DNA from: Sulfolobales archaeon
GTDB taxonomy: Archaea > Thermoproteota > Thermoprotei_A > Sulfolobales > NBVN01
Assembly: GCA_038844925.1 (NCBI GenBank)
Contig: JAWBQY010000004.1
Span: 7,425-71,424, forward strand
Reading direction: 5' to 3'
DNA: 64,000 nt
A model generated the notes under the pieces. That model made no database searches. It saw only the letters and a program-made list of their open reading frames with translations, and had not been told where the DNA came from. Shown piece by piece: positions 18,976 through 29,774 of the stretch. Made by a program: the position numbers and the translations under genes. How positions within the stretch are numbered: position 1 is the stretch's first letter; every line of letters starts with the position of its first letter.

Positions 18976-19004
18976 GATGAGGACACCATCTAAGTATTTT
19001 AGGC

Positions 19005-19310
19005 CTAACCCTCCGCAGTCTTGTAGAACTTCTCCTCAAGCTCTAAAAGCTTTTTAACAGGTATTAACTCCTTCTCACCATTTGGTTTAACCCTAATTAT
19101 AGTAATTGGTAGTACCCCCCTCTTAAGCTCCTCAAAAGCTATTACGATATTATCCTTAGGGAGATTACTTACGTCGATTAAGGGAGGTGCCCCTAAAGAT
19201 AGTTGAAGAGCTCTCGCACTAATTATACGTGCTTTCTCATATCTTGTGAGTTTAGGCGGCCCTATCTTAACTCCTGTAAGTTCTTTCAGCCTCTCTGATA
19301 TTGTCTGCAT
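19005..19310 (-). CDS. rpo6: RNA polymerase subunit Rpo6 (K)
   Basis: [22 protein letters not shown]. Confidence 0.96.
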   Translation of the reverse strand: MQTISERLKELTGVKIGPPKLTRYEKARIISARALQLSLGAPPLIDVSNLPKDNIVIAFEELKRGVLPITIIRVKPNGEKELIPVKKLLELEEKFYKTAEG

Positions 19311-19409
19311 GTACTTAACACCGCAAGTAGAGAATTACATTAAAAGATAAAAAACATTTATTATCCATGTATGTAATTACCTGAACTACTAGCCCGGATG
19401 ACCTAATAG

Positions 19410-21107
19410 CTAGTCAAAATCGAACTTACCTTTTTCCTCCTCGCCAGCCTCTCCCTTCTTTTCGCCCTTACCTTCCTCCTTCTTCATAGGTGATGCAGCT
19501 ATTATATCATCGACTTTAAGCACTGCTGCTGCCGCCTCTGTTGCAGCCTTAATTACCTGCTTCTTAACTATGACTGGTTCTGCTACGTTAATTGATAACA
19601 TGTTCTCAGCTACCTTACCATTCAATACATCAATACCTGAGTATACCTTACCGTCACTATGCAGCTTTCTTAGCTCCATAAGCGTTTCTAAGGTATCCAT
19701 ACCGGCAGTTGAGGCTAGCACCACAGCTATCTCCTCTAAAGCGTCAGCAAATGACTGAATCGCTAGTTGCTCCTTACCTCCAACGCTTTCAGCATACTTC
19801 CTTAATCTTAATGCAATTTCTATCTCCGGTGCAGCACCCCCTGCAACCAGCTTAGGATCTCTTAATATGTTCCTCATAGAGTGTAATGCGTCGTTAAGGC
19901 TTCTTTCCGCCTCATCAACAACCATGTCGTTAGCGCCTCTCACTAATATCGTAACAGCTTTAGGATTCTTACACCCTTCGACGAATACCATCTTATCATT
20001 ACCTACCCTTCTCTCCTCTACTAGTTCGGCGTATCCTAAGTCCTTCTCACTCAGATCTCTAATACTAGTAACTATCCTCCCTCCAGTCGCTCTTTCTAAT
20101 TTCTCCATGTCTGATCTTTTAACTCTTCTAACTGCTAGTATTCCCTTCTTTGCTAGGAAGTGTTGGGCTACGTCGTCAATTCCTTTCTGGCATATGACTA
20201 CGTTAGCACCGACAGCAACTATCTTATCGACCATGTCTTTAAGCATTTTAGCTTCTTCATCTAAGAATGACCTAATCTGCTCAGGTGATGTTATATTGAT
20301 TTTAGCAGTTATTTCAGGTTTTTCTATTTCTAGTGGTGCGTCTATTAATGCGATTTTAGCTTTCTCCACTCTTTTAGGCATGCCTGGGTGGACTACCTCT
20401 TTATCTAGGACTACGCCGTAGACTAATTGAGAATCAGCTAATGACGCACCTTTCTTCTTCTCGATCTTAACGTTATCTAACCTCACTTCATACGTTCCAT
20501 CACCTTTCTTCTCAGCAGCTACTACTGCAGCTGATATCACCATATCGATTAATTTATCCATCATGTCCGGAGTTGCTAAGTACTTACTAGCTAGAGTTGT
20601 GTAGAGGACCTTAGCTAATTCAGGTTTTACCTTAGCTAGGACTTCCGGGTTCTCAATACCTTCTACATTTAACTTAACAGCTATCTCATCAAGTATTTCT
20701 AACGCTTTAGCAGCTGCCTTCTTATAACCTTCAATAATTATAGTTGGATGGATGTTCTGGTCTAGTAAAGCTTCTGCCTTACTTAGTAAGGCACCAGCTA
20801 AAACCACGGCTGATGTAGTACCATCACCTACTTCAGCATCAACAGCCTTAGCAGTCTCAACTAATAGCTTAGCTGCTGGATGCTGAACCTCCATCTCCTT
20901 AACTATTGCAGCACCATCATTAGTAACGGTTATATCACCGAAACTATCAACAAGCATTTTATCGAGTCCTTTAGGACCTAAGCTAGTTTTCAACACCTCA
21001 GCTAACGCCCTAGCCGCTATTATGTTATTTCTCAACGCGTCCCTACCATGAGTTCTTGACGTACCCTCCTTCAATATCACAACAGGTATACCATATAGTG
21101 CAGTCAT
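19410..21107 (-). CDS. thsA: Thermosome subunit, probably alpha
   Basis: [31 protein letters not shown]. Confidence 0.93.
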   Translation of the reverse strand: MTALYGIPVVILKEGTSRTHGRDALRNNIIAARALAEVLKTSLGPKGLDKMLVDSFGDITVTNDGAAIVKEMEVQHPAAKLLVETAKAVDAEVGDGTTSAVVLAGALLSKAEALLDQNIHPTIIIEGYKKAAAKALEILDEIAVKLNVEGIENPEVLAKVKPELAKVLYTTLASKYLATPDMMDKLIDMVISAAVVAAEKKGDGTYEVRLDNVKIEKKKGASLADSQLVYGVVLDKEVVHPGMPKRVEKAKIALIDAPLEIEKPEITAKINITSPEQIRSFLDEEAKMLKDMVDKIVAVGANVVICQKGIDDVAQHFLAKKGILAVRRVKRSDMEKLERATGGRIVTSIRDLSEKDLGYAELVEERRVGNDKMVFVEGCKNPKAVTILVRGANDMVVDEAERSLNDALHSMRNILRDPKLVAGGAAPEIEIALRLRKYAESVGGKEQLAIQSFADALEEIAVVLASTAGMDTLETLMELRKLHSDGKVYSGIDVLNGKVAENMLSINVAEPVIVKKQVIKAATEAAAAVLKVDDIIAASPMKKEEGKGEKKGEAGEEEKGKFDFD

Positions 21108-21255
21108 ACTCTAATCCCTTGAATTCTATTTCAGTGACTTCTATATAAACTTTAATGAACATCCCAACCAATCCAGCCAAACCCCACGACCGTGGGTAAG
21201 TACGTAGTGTGAATAGGATTAAAAACCTCACATAATTAAATTCCACGGTGTTAGC

Positions 21256-21582
21256 ATGAAATTAGACTTAGAAACTGTTATGAAAGTCTACGAAGATTAC
21301 ATAGCTCTAGGGGATGTTGATAAGGCTAATCTCTTCATAGCATTTATTACCGGTTTATTAGCATTTCTCAAATACCGTAGGGTGGGGGATCAGGCATTCA
21401 TCTCAGCTTTTGCAAGGAATTTAAGGGTAGGGCTTATTGAGGGTCCAGACTACTTAAACCCCTACATCATGGAGTTACTTGGAATACTTGAGGAAGAAGT
21501 TGATGAGAACTCTTTTAACGAGTTAATAACTAAGTTAAGAGCTTTACTTAGGGAGGAACGTCTTGACAGACTTGAAGTATAA
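21256..21582 (+). CDS. Hypothetical protein
   Basis: 108-aa ORF, GGTG SD, overlaps next gene. Confidence 0.75.
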   Translation: MKLDLETVMKVYEDYIALGDVDKANLFIAFITGLLAFLKYRRVGDQAFISAFARNLRVGLIEGPDYLNPYIMELLGILEEEVDENSFNELITKLRALLREERLDRLEV

Positions 21583-22420
21583 CTCACAAATTCTATGCAC
21601 ATCATGCGGTAGGAGGAAAGCCGTTTACCTAAGAAGGTCTTCAGGAGAGAGGTTATGTAGTTTCTGCTTTGAGAAGTCATTAATTAAAGCTATTAAGAGG
21701 ACGTTGAGAGGTGTTGAGAAACTACGTCCAGGGATGAGCGTATCATCCCTCATAATACCTGAGAGACTTATAACCAGTCTTACAATGCTCTACTGTTTAA
21801 ATAAGGTTGAGAGGAAGTATGGATGTAAAGTTATAGCTTTAGTAGCTTATAAGAAGCGATTTAAAGACGTCGTTGAGGGAGTAGTTGACTTAATTAAAGG
21901 TAGGCTAGGGGTTGAAGGGGTAGAGTTAGTAGAAAGTGATGATGATTTAAAAGATGCTACACCTGAAATGCTTAATCACTATCTAGAGGCAGTATGTACG
22001 AGTTTAGACTTAGATGTAGGTGTGGTAGCACTCCCACTAACATTGAATGACGTGAATGAGGTAATCTTAAATTCATTATTAAATGGTGATTTAGACTCAG
22101 CACTACTCTTACCATCATTTAAGAAGGGAACACACATATATGTCATACCCTTCTATAACATCCCTATTTACGATGTATACGTATTCTCGTATGTGAGAGG
22201 TATTTATGACCTAACATTAGATAATCTAATTTTAAGTGTTGAGGGTAATAGAAAACATCTACGTGAGGATTACTACATCGTTAAGGAAATGATTGAAAAC
22301 CTCAGCTATAATAATCCAGAACTAACTCAAACACTACTGAAGTCCGTCAATACCTTATTGAAGGGCGGTCAAAAATTAAGTCCTCAACCTAAAGGTAAGT
22401 CTAATACCATGTTCTTGTAG
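21563..22420 (+). CDS. TtuA/Ncs6 paralogue with degenerate catalytic motifs
   Basis: N-terminal CxxC..CxxC aligns with the gene at 10639-11580; no SGGKDS, no PCxxC. Confidence 0.75.
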   Translation: MTDLKYNSQILCTSCGRRKAVYLRRSSGERLCSFCFEKSLIKAIKRTLRGVEKLRPGMSVSSLIIPERLITSLTMLYCLNKVERKYGCKVIALVAYKKRFKDVVEGVVDLIKGRLGVEGVELVESDDDLKDATPEMLNHYLEAVCTSLDLDVGVVALPLTLNDVNEVILNSLLNGDLDSALLLPSFKKGTHIYVIPFYNIPIYDVYVFSYVRGIYDLTLDNLILSVEGNRKHLREDYYIVKEMIENLSYNNPELTQTLLKSVNTLLKGGQKLSPQPKGKSNTMFL

Positions 22421-22750
22421 TATGCTCTTCATACTCACTTTTAAGACGTAGTAGTCTACTTCTATATCCCTAAAGCAGTCCTCCTGCTCTAACACGTTCT
22501 TACCCTTAAAGTACAACCTTATTAGCGGTAATGTGTTAATACCCTCATCATCCTTGAACGTAGCGTTAGAGGCTTTATCAACATCGAACAGTATGAAGTC
22601 CACCAAGTGTCCGACCCTCGACTCAAGCTTTTGGAGGAGGTTTACCATGTAGTTCCTAGTTGTGAGATCACGGCCTACAAACCCTACAAGTACTATGTCG
22701 TTTACTGTGATTATCCTTCTGAATTCATCGACGTCATGAAGTATTCTCAA
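22376..22750 (-). CDS. Thioredoxin-fold protein without CxxC
   Basis: VLVGF, FDVD, GINTLPLIRLYFKG pattern. Confidence 0.55.
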   Translation of the reverse strand: MRILHDVDEFRRIITVNDIVLVGFVGRDLTTRNYMVNLLQKLESRVGHLVDFILFDVDKASNATFKDDEGINTLPLIRLYFKGKNVLEQEDCFRDIEVDYYVLKVSMKSILQEHGIRLTFRLRT

Positions 22751-23588
22751 GACTTACTCCTTCCTCACATAATTTTCTGTAGATGTCCTTAATTAATGTT
22801 TTATCGTTTTCATCTAACAACACCTCTATGTCGATCCCCTCCTCCCTCACATCCCCCGGATGTTTAATACCGTTACCGTTAATAACTACGTAATCATATC
22901 TAAGTAGTTGGTTTAACTCACTGCAAGGTAGTGATTGCACGTAGTTCTTAAGCATATCACTAAAACCTAGAAATTCTTTTAAGGACTTCTCACTAATCAC
23001 AGCTCCGCATACTAAGCAACTCATATCCTTAACCAATGAATTAAATAAACACTTAGGACATGTAGTTGGTAACGTCTTCGAGCGCTGCTCTATCCAAGCA
23101 ACCCTCCATAACCTCCTAAGAAGTGGTAGGGTGTCCTCCCTACCCAGCCTGACTACCTCCTTATAAAGTCTTGGTGCAACGCTTAAAATAGCCCTACCAA
23201 CATTACTAGTTACGAAGTCAACATGCTCGGGGCCTAATTCCTCCCTAATGTTTAACAATGCTAATGCTATGAGGGGATATACATTATCTGCAAACCTTCT
23301 AAACCTTTTAACCATTGTCTGAACGTCTGGTTTCGATGTAGGTGAACCGTAGAGTAATTCCACAGGGTGTTTAAGTACTTCTAAGTACTCCTCCCTACTC
23401 AGACCTAGAATGTCTAGCCCTAAAGAACTTACCAATTCATCTACATTTCTATCCAACCAAGCATCTATATCGACCTCCTTCTTAGTCTTAACTCCACCCC
23501 TACCCCCCACACCTTCTTTAATTAACTCCTTAACACTACTAGCTTTACCTTCACCTTCTGCACCTTCCTTCCGCTTCTTTCTAGGCAC
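22734..23588 (-). CDS. Hypothetical protein with Zn ribbon
   Basis: 284 aa, basic N-tail, CPKC..CLVC. Confidence 0.75.
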   Translation of the reverse strand: MPRKKRKEGAEGEGKASSVKELIKEGVGGRGGVKTKKEVDIDAWLDRNVDELVSSLGLDILGLSREEYLEVLKHPVELLYGSPTSKPDVQTMVKRFRRFADNVYPLIALALLNIREELGPEHVDFVTSNVGRAILSVAPRLYKEVVRLGREDTLPLLRRLWRVAWIEQRSKTLPTTCPKCLFNSLVKDMSCLVCGAVISEKSLKEFLGFSDMLKNYVQSLPCSELNQLLRYDYVVINGNGIKHPGDVREEGIDIEVLLDENDKTLIKDIYRKLCEEGVSLENTS

Positions 23589-23665
23589 CTTACCCCCTGC
23601 GGAGGACTAATTTACCAACTCCATATTATGTAGTATCACATTACTTTAAATTACGTTGACTTTAC

Positions 23666-23725
23666 GATCAGTAAACCGACCCATCATCATCTCATTATTC
23701 TCAGGCCCGGTTTCAAACATCATCT
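23666..23725 (-). ncRNA. Box C/D sRNA directly 3' of mat
   Basis: ATGATGT-ttgaaaccgggc-CTGA-gaataatgag-ATGATGA-tgggtcggttta-CTGA. Confidence 0.85.
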
Positions 23726-23728
23726 ACC

Positions 23729-24952
23729 TTAAAACATGCTAACCTCTTCCCTGATTATTAATTCGGTAAGCTTAGTTATATTGTTTAATTCATTTCTAAC
23801 TAACTCCTCAACATCGGATTTAACTGCCTGAAAACTCGTATCATCATCAACAACTAACTTAACGACTGCTACTAAGGGCTCGTTGATAGGTCTACCAATC
23901 TGGCTTAAGATCTCCATGTAGACCTCCCTAACCTTAGGTACTTCATTAATTACCTTATCGCAGAGATGCTTAGCTAGAATGTTATATAACTTACCGACAT
24001 GACTTACAGGGTTCTTACCAGCCGTTGCTTCGAGACTCATAGGCCTTAGAGGTGTTATTAAACCATTAACCCTATTCCCCCTTCCAGTAGCACCGTCATC
24101 CCCGTGTTCCGCAGAGGTCCCAGTCACTGAGAGGTATATGACACCCTTTTCAGGTCTATCAGCGGTATTAACATATACATCAACATCGTATCCAGCTGCT
24201 ATCTTAGCAGCTAGGTCAGCAACCCTATTAGCTACCTCCTCCTTAACTGAGATATAGTGGCTTAAGTCAGGTATTAAACCTGAGATCATGGCTGCAGCTA
24301 TCGTCAACTTGATCTTACTGCCTATCCTCAAACCCATAACCTTAATATCCTCCCCCACTTCAGGTAGTACCTTCTTCAAATCCCTGCTGTTTAAGTACCT
24401 CTCAACACTGTATACTAATTTCTCAAGCGTTGAGAGCGGTGCGTAACTAACCCCGAAGCTAGTATCATTAGAAAGCGGTATGGCTTTAAGCCCTAACTTA
24501 TACGTCTGCACTAGGTCTACACTACCGCTCCTAATCTTATAATCCACTACTACATGTTTCTCAGGGTCTAAGAATCTAAAATTCTTCCTTAACCACTCCT
24601 TAACAGCCTCAACTACTATAGTGCCCATGGGTACATAGTCTAAGGAGTTTTCATTAGTGATGACGACCTCAGTACCCCTACCAGCCACTATTATGTATAT
24701 TGGGTGTAGTACCTCACCACCGCCGAATCTAGGGGCTGACTGCCCACCTACTAAGAGGACTTTATCTAAATTATGATGGAGTATTACACCATACTTCTTA
24801 AGATAGTATTTAGATAGTGTTACACTTGATGCCTCTGCTACGGCATCTGCTATGTAGTCTGGGTGGCCTAAACCCTTCCTCTCAACTAATTCAACGCTCT
24901 GCTCTTCTATAGGTACGAACCTCAATCTCTCAACTACTATACTCGCCGACAT
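23729..24952 (-). CDS. mat: Archaeal S-adenosylmethionine synthetase
   Basis: [44 protein letters not shown]. Confidence 0.96.
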   Translation of the reverse strand: MSASIVVERLRFVPIEEQSVELVERKGLGHPDYIADAVAEASSVTLSKYYLKKYGVILHHNLDKVLLVGGQSAPRFGGGEVLHPIYIIVAGRGTEVVITNENSLDYVPMGTIVVEAVKEWLRKNFRFLDPEKHVVVDYKIRSGSVDLVQTYKLGLKAIPLSNDTSFGVSYAPLSTLEKLVYSVERYLNSRDLKKVLPEVGEDIKVMGLRIGSKIKLTIAAAMISGLIPDLSHYISVKEEVANRVADLAAKIAAGYDVDVYVNTADRPEKGVIYLSVTGTSAEHGDDGATGRGNRVNGLITPLRPMSLEATAGKNPVSHVGKLYNILAKHLCDKVINEVPKVREVYMEILSQIGRPINEPLVAVVKLVVDDDTSFQAVKSDVEELVRNELNNITKLTELIIREEVSMF

Positions 24953-25073
24953 TCACCATACCCCTTAAATTGATTTTGTATGCGATTATTAACTTTAACA
25001 AACAATTAAAGTCAATTATATTACTGTGAGTAATTTAGCATTAAGATATTATACTCAGCCTAGATAGGTACTG

Positions 25074-25325
25074 CTACCCAGCACTATAGTCAATCGCTAT
25101 GTACAGTATCTGGCTACCCCTTATGAAGACAGTACCGTACTTAGCTATAGGGGACTTACCATCATCAGAGTACTCCATACAATCGTTTAAAACGACGTTC
25201 ATCGTTAAATCAACCATAACTAACTTACCTACGTATTCGTATCCGTCCTTAACCTTCACCAACACATTCTTACTTATAGCTGTCTTCAAGGTCCTGAAAG
25301 GATTATCAGCTTTGGTGATCCCCAT
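25074..25325 (-). CDS. Sm-like archaeal protein (SmAP)
   Basis: VLVKVKDG.EYVGKL..D.TMNVVL...YG.VFIRGSQI. Confidence 0.92.
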   Translation of the reverse strand: MGITKADNPFRTLKTAISKNVLVKVKDGYEYVGKLVMVDLTMNVVLNDCMEYSDDGKSPIAKYGTVFIRGSQILYIAIDYSAG

Positions 25326-25482
25326 TAACCTATTACCCTCAAGAACTAGCTTCTCACATTTTTAAATTTATAAGTTTTCTCCATTAGCCCGTGTCTTAAC
25401 ACTCCTTAAAATAGCCTCTACTCTCAATTAAAACGTAAATATGTTTTTAAATTTGCTAGCGTAGTTAATCAAAGGTGCTAGT

Positions 25483-26697
25483 ATGATGAAGATATTTCTC
25501 ACTGATGTCGTAGTCGGCGCATTCGCTATAGATTCAAATGGCAACGTAATAAGTAGGGTGGTAGCGCCTAACGATATTAACAGATTAGTTGAAAGGGCTT
25601 TAAAGCTTGAGGAGGGTCTACCAACTGATGAGTTTTTGAAGTTAGTGGATGAATTAGTAGGTAATTACGGTAGGGGCTTAGAAGTCGTCGTAGATATCGA
25701 GGGTTATGTTAAATACTTAAGCGATGCTGGATTTAAGACCGTGTTAGAATACGATAATGAGGTCTTACTGAAGTTTAAGGATGAATTACCTAGATATGCT
25801 GTTGAGTTAGGCTTCATAAAATCCGTAGATGAGTACTACGACTTCCTACACACTCTTTCGTTGGCAGTAACTAGGAGTAAGCTGAGGAAGGTGGCTCAGA
25901 AGAGGGATTTACTAGCAGTTCAAGCCATCAGAGCGATAGATGATATAGATAAGGTCTTCAACTTATTTGCATCAAGGCTTAGGGAGTGGTATAGCATACA
26001 CTTCCCAGAATTAGACGACATAATTAAAGAGCATATAGACTACGCTAGGATAGTAGCTGAGTTAGGTAGTAGGGATTATATTGATGAGAAGGGACTGAAG
26101 AAATTAGGCTTCAGTGAGGGGAAGATAAAACGCATCATAAGTGTTTCAGAGAGGAGTATGGGGGCTGAACTCTCAAACCACGACATAGAACCTATACAGA
26201 CCCTAGCTAATATTATGATAGAACTTGATAGACTGCGTGATGAGTTAACATCATACTTAAGCTCCGTTATGAAGGAAGTCGCACCTAATACTACAGAGCT
26301 CGTAGGACCCTTACTAGGCGCTAGACTACTAAGCCTGTCAGGAAGTCTGGAAACCCTGGCTAAGCTACCTGCCAGCACTATACAGGTCTTAGGTGCTGAG
26401 AAAGCCTTATTCAGAGCATTAAGAACTGGTGGCAAACCACCAAAACACGGGGTTATCTTCCAGTACCCTGAGATCCATAAAGCACCTAGATGGCAGAGAG
26501 GTAAGATAGCTAGGTCCCTAGCCACCAAGTTAGCCATAGCTGTTAAGGCTGACTACTTCACCGGTAGGTTCATTGCGGATAAACTAAAAAGAGAACTTGA
26601 GGAGAGAATCAACGAAATTAAGACTACGTACGCTAAACCACCGGTAAAACCGACTAAAGCCGAAAGAGTTAGAGGTCCAAAGCCTAAGAAAAAGTAG
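25483..26697 (+). CDS. nop5: Box C/D sRNP subunit Nop5 (Nop56/58)
   Basis: RLREWYSIHFPEL, PASTIQVLGAEKALFRAL, PPKHGVIFQ. Confidence 0.96.
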   Translation: MMKIFLTDVVVGAFAIDSNGNVISRVVAPNDINRLVERALKLEEGLPTDEFLKLVDELVGNYGRGLEVVVDIEGYVKYLSDAGFKTVLEYDNEVLLKFKDELPRYAVELGFIKSVDEYYDFLHTLSLAVTRSKLRKVAQKRDLLAVQAIRAIDDIDKVFNLFASRLREWYSIHFPELDDIIKEHIDYARIVAELGSRDYIDEKGLKKLGFSEGKIKRIISVSERSMGAELSNHDIEPIQTLANIMIELDRLRDELTSYLSSVMKEVAPNTTELVGPLLGARLLSLSGSLETLAKLPASTIQVLGAEKALFRALRTGGKPPKHGVIFQYPEIHKAPRWQRGKIARSLATKLAIAVKADYFTGRFIADKLKRELEERINEIKTTYAKPPVKPTKAERVRGPKPKKK

Positions 26698-26859
26698 TAC
26701 TCCCCCCAATATCTAAGCTTTTATCAACTACCACTCCATACGTTTTCCACTTTACCTATATTTGGAATACCTTACCCCTCCTCCGCCCTTGGAACGGGAC
26801 TTTAAGCTGTAAGACTAATATAGTATTACCGAAGATATTAATTATAGTAGTTGAGTTAG

Positions 26860-28113
26860 GTGAAATTATTGAGTGAGATTCGTAACATAATTGAAAGTGA
26901 ATTAAATAGGATCTCATTATTTAAGAGTAAGGAGAAACTATACCCTGAGTACCTGCCGAGTTCCCTACCACATAGGGAGAACGAACTAAAAGCATTGACA
27001 AATATATTCAAGCCTATGCTCTTAACACCTGGTGCCATAAGCCATAAGGCTTTAGTCGTAGGTGGTATCGGTACTGGTAAGACCGCTACTGTCAGGATAT
27101 TCGGTAAGGAGTTTACTCAAATAGCTAGGAAGAGGGGATTAAACATAAGTTACGTCCATGTAAACTGCCACAGAGACCGTACGTTATTTGAAGTTGTGAA
27201 TGAGGTTGTGAAGCAGTTAAGACTCCCCATACCTCAAAGAGGTCTATCAGTAAGGGAGGTCCTCAACTACATGTTAGACTTAATAGATAGTGAGAACATA
27301 TACGTGATAGCCACTTTAGACGAATTTGATTACTTTATCAACGTTGCTGGAAGTGATGCTGTCTACTTCTTGGTCAGAGTATATGATGAGTTTCCAGATA
27401 AGGTTAAGAGACTAAACTTCATATTTGTAAGTAAGTCTGCTACATCACTATCAATGTTAGACCCGACGACAGAGTCATATTTAATGAAAAACTTAGTGAT
27501 GTTCAATCCCTACAAGTCGTATGAATTATACGACATACTTAAGTTTAGAGCTGAGGAATCTATATTTGAAGGTGCTGTCTCCGACGACATCCTTCGCTAC
27601 ATATCTGATGCTATAGGTAGTGATAAGGGTGGTCCTGGAAGTGCGAGAGCCGCCCTCGAAATACTCTTAATAGCTGGTGAGACTGCCGAGAGGGAAGGCG
27701 CTATGAGTATCTCGTTAGACCATGTTAGGAAGGCCTGCTCAGTAGTTGAACCAAGTGTGGTAATGTTAAACGATACGCTACCATACTTAAGCTTCCATGA
27801 ACTACTTACTTTGAAGGCTATAGTCATAGCTTTAATGGAGAGTGGGGAGCCATACGTAAATACTGGCGTAGTTGAGGAGATCTACCATAGGCTATGTGAG
27901 GAGTATGATGTCGAGCCTAGAAAGCATACAAAACTTTACGAATATATAATAAATTTAAAGAAGTTAGGGATCCTCATCTCCTCAACATCGTTGAAGGGGA
28001 GGAGGGGGAGGAGTACTTACATATCAGTAAGTCTAATGCCTCTAACTGTTATTAAGTCTAAGATAGATGAATTGCTTAAGGTTAAGGCAGCATATGAGGG
28101 TAGTGGTGGTTAA
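26860..28113 (+). CDS. cdc6: Orc1/Cdc6 protein, possibly Orc1-2 subtype
   Basis: LPHRE, GGIGTGKT, VNC, LDEFD, G.AR.ALE, C-terminal wHTH with GRRGRST. Confidence 0.93.
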   Translation: MKLLSEIRNIIESELNRISLFKSKEKLYPEYLPSSLPHRENELKALTNIFKPMLLTPGAISHKALVVGGIGTGKTATVRIFGKEFTQIARKRGLNISYVHVNCHRDRTLFEVVNEVVKQLRLPIPQRGLSVREVLNYMLDLIDSENIYVIATLDEFDYFINVAGSDAVYFLVRVYDEFPDKVKRLNFIFVSKSATSLSMLDPTTESYLMKNLVMFNPYKSYELYDILKFRAEESIFEGAVSDDILRYISDAIGSDKGGPGSARAALEILLIAGETAEREGAMSISLDHVRKACSVVEPSVVMLNDTLPYLSFHELLTLKAIVIALMESGEPYVNTGVVEEIYHRLCEEYDVEPRKHTKLYEYIINLKKLGILISSTSLKGRRGRSTYISVSLMPLTVIKSKIDELLKVKAAYEGSGG

Positions 28114-28379
28114 TGAGTCTTGAGGACATATTCTCCAGCAAGGGTAGGGTTAAGGTACTTAAGACGATACTACTCCACGGGGAGATAAACTTAACATCTA
28201 TAGTTAGGGAAACCGGGTTAAATTACACCTTAGTTTCTAAACACATCAATTACTTAAAATCGTGCAATATTATCGAGGAAATAAACTTAGGTAGGGTTAA
28301 GATCTACAGACCTAATTGGATTAACCCACGCGTAAGGTATATAGAGGATATGTTAAGAGTTTTAAATGAAGGTAGTTAG
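28113..28379 (+). CDS. Small winged-helix protein
   Basis: IFSSKGRVKVLK...EINLTSIVRETGLNY..V.KH; coupled to the cdc6 stop. Confidence 0.8.
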   Translation: MSLEDIFSSKGRVKVLKTILLHGEINLTSIVRETGLNYTLVSKHINYLKSCNIIEEINLGRVKIYRPNWINPRVRYIEDMLRVLNEGS

Positions 28380-29761
28380 GACTTACTAGTAAAGTAGCTA
28401 TCTAACGTCCCAGGTTTACCTCTAGTATCCCGTCTTCTCTCACTAACCCTCTCCTGCTTAGGCCTTTCAACCTTCCTACTAGACTCTGTTCTAAGCTTAT
28501 TCATCAATTCTACTATCTTAGATGCGTTCTGTTGTGATATGTACTTAACCATACTCTCCGATAGGTTTAAACCTAACGCTAGCTTAGCCGCAGCCTCCAC
28601 GTTAGTATTAAAAATAACCCTAAGATATGGTATGACATCCGTCCTAGCAACAGCTTTAGAAATATTTAAATGTTTAGCTAGTACTTCAGCAAGCTCTTCT
28701 CTCAATTGTCTTACCTCCTTAGTTTTAGCAGTTATTAACACATTCTGAGGGAAGTTATACTTAACCCACCTATACTTACTTTTAACATCGTTAACTATGG
28801 ACAGAGAGACTCCGGCAGACATCAAATCTACAGCGTAGGAGAGTAAGTCCCAACTACCTGTCTTAACGATCCTACCTAAGTATACGTCAGCCTTTGAAAG
28901 GTATTCATAAGCATGCCATAGATCCTCAGGGTCTGAGATCTGCCTAGGTAAGTTCTCATTAATCCACTGAATTAATTCATCAGGTGTTAGATCTGTTTGT
29001 TGTGCAGCTTGCTTAGCCTGCCATGCGTACTTAGATATGAATATCCTTCTAACAACTTCAAAGGGCTGGTAGTCCCTATCCCTCTGCCTAAGTAGGTTTT
29101 TAACTAATTCTAAGGTGACCCTGCCATATCCTTCAGCAACTGCTTCTAAGTCGTTGATAGCTGATCTTAGGTCGCCCTCACATCTCTCAGCGATGAAGTC
29201 TATAGCATCTTCATCGCATACTAATCCCTCATCATTACATATCCTTTTGAGGACTTTCCTAACATCTGTTTTAGTAAGTCCTCTAAACTCAACTAACTTC
29301 ACAGCATCTCTTAAAGGCCTTAACCTAGGGTCCCATGGGTCGTTAGCCGTCATCGCGATCGGGTTCATAGTAACTTGGATTATATCTAAGATAGTTTCTA
29401 GAGCTCCAATATCAGCCGTCCCAGATATACCGTCAACCTCATCTAGTAGTATTAGCTTAAACCTCCCGGTAATACTTTTCTGAAGTGCGGCGACCCTAGC
29501 TATTCTATCTAAGTCGACCTTCCTCCTATAATCGCTGGCATTCATCTCGATGAGTTCTAATCCATACTCCCTCGCCAATGCTTCTATCAGACTAGTCTTC
29601 CCACATCCAGGCGGTCCGTAGAGAAGTACTGCCCTCTCCTCAGGTATTTTCTTAAACCATAATTCTATCCACTTGGTAAGCTCTTCTTTAGCCTTCTCCT
29701 GATTGATAACATCATCTAGCTTCTTAGGCCTGTATTTTATCACCCAAGGTAATTTCCTCAA
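28376..29761 (-). CDS. rfcL: Replication factor C large subunit
   Basis: PWVIKYRP, GPPGCGKT, NASD, DEVD, GDLRSAINDL, TLDSYF PIP box. Confidence 0.95.
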   Translation of the reverse strand: MRKLPWVIKYRPKKLDDVINQEKAKEELTKWIELWFKKIPEERAVLLYGPPGCGKTSLIEALAREYGLELIEMNASDYRRKVDLDRIARVAALQKSITGRFKLILLDEVDGISGTADIGALETILDIIQVTMNPIAMTANDPWDPRLRPLRDAVKLVEFRGLTKTDVRKVLKRICNDEGLVCDEDAIDFIAERCEGDLRSAINDLEAVAEGYGRVTLELVKNLLRQRDRDYQPFEVVRRIFISKYAWQAKQAAQQTDLTPDELIQWINENLPRQISDPEDLWHAYEYLSKADVYLGRIVKTGSWDLLSYAVDLMSAGVSLSIVNDVKSKYRWVKYNFPQNVLITAKTKEVRQLREELAEVLAKHLNISKAVARTDVIPYLRVIFNTNVEAAAKLALGLNLSESMVKYISQQNASKIVELMNKLRTESSRKVERPKQERVSERRRDTRGKPGTLDSYFTSKS

Positions 29762-29774
29762 AGTCCTAACACCA

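Noticed and set aside
19570..20421. Plus-strand ORFs inside the thermosome gene, and similar ones inside ABCE1, nop5, rfcL, tiaS, porB, atpB, metG and pcn
   Set aside because: Ser/Leu/Ile-rich antisense shadows of well-supported genes
26698..26859. Possible origin directly upstream of cdc6 (ttcca/tggaa words)
   Set aside because: No TCCA-N3-GAAA-G-string repeat; convincing ORBs are at 34.26-34.58 kb
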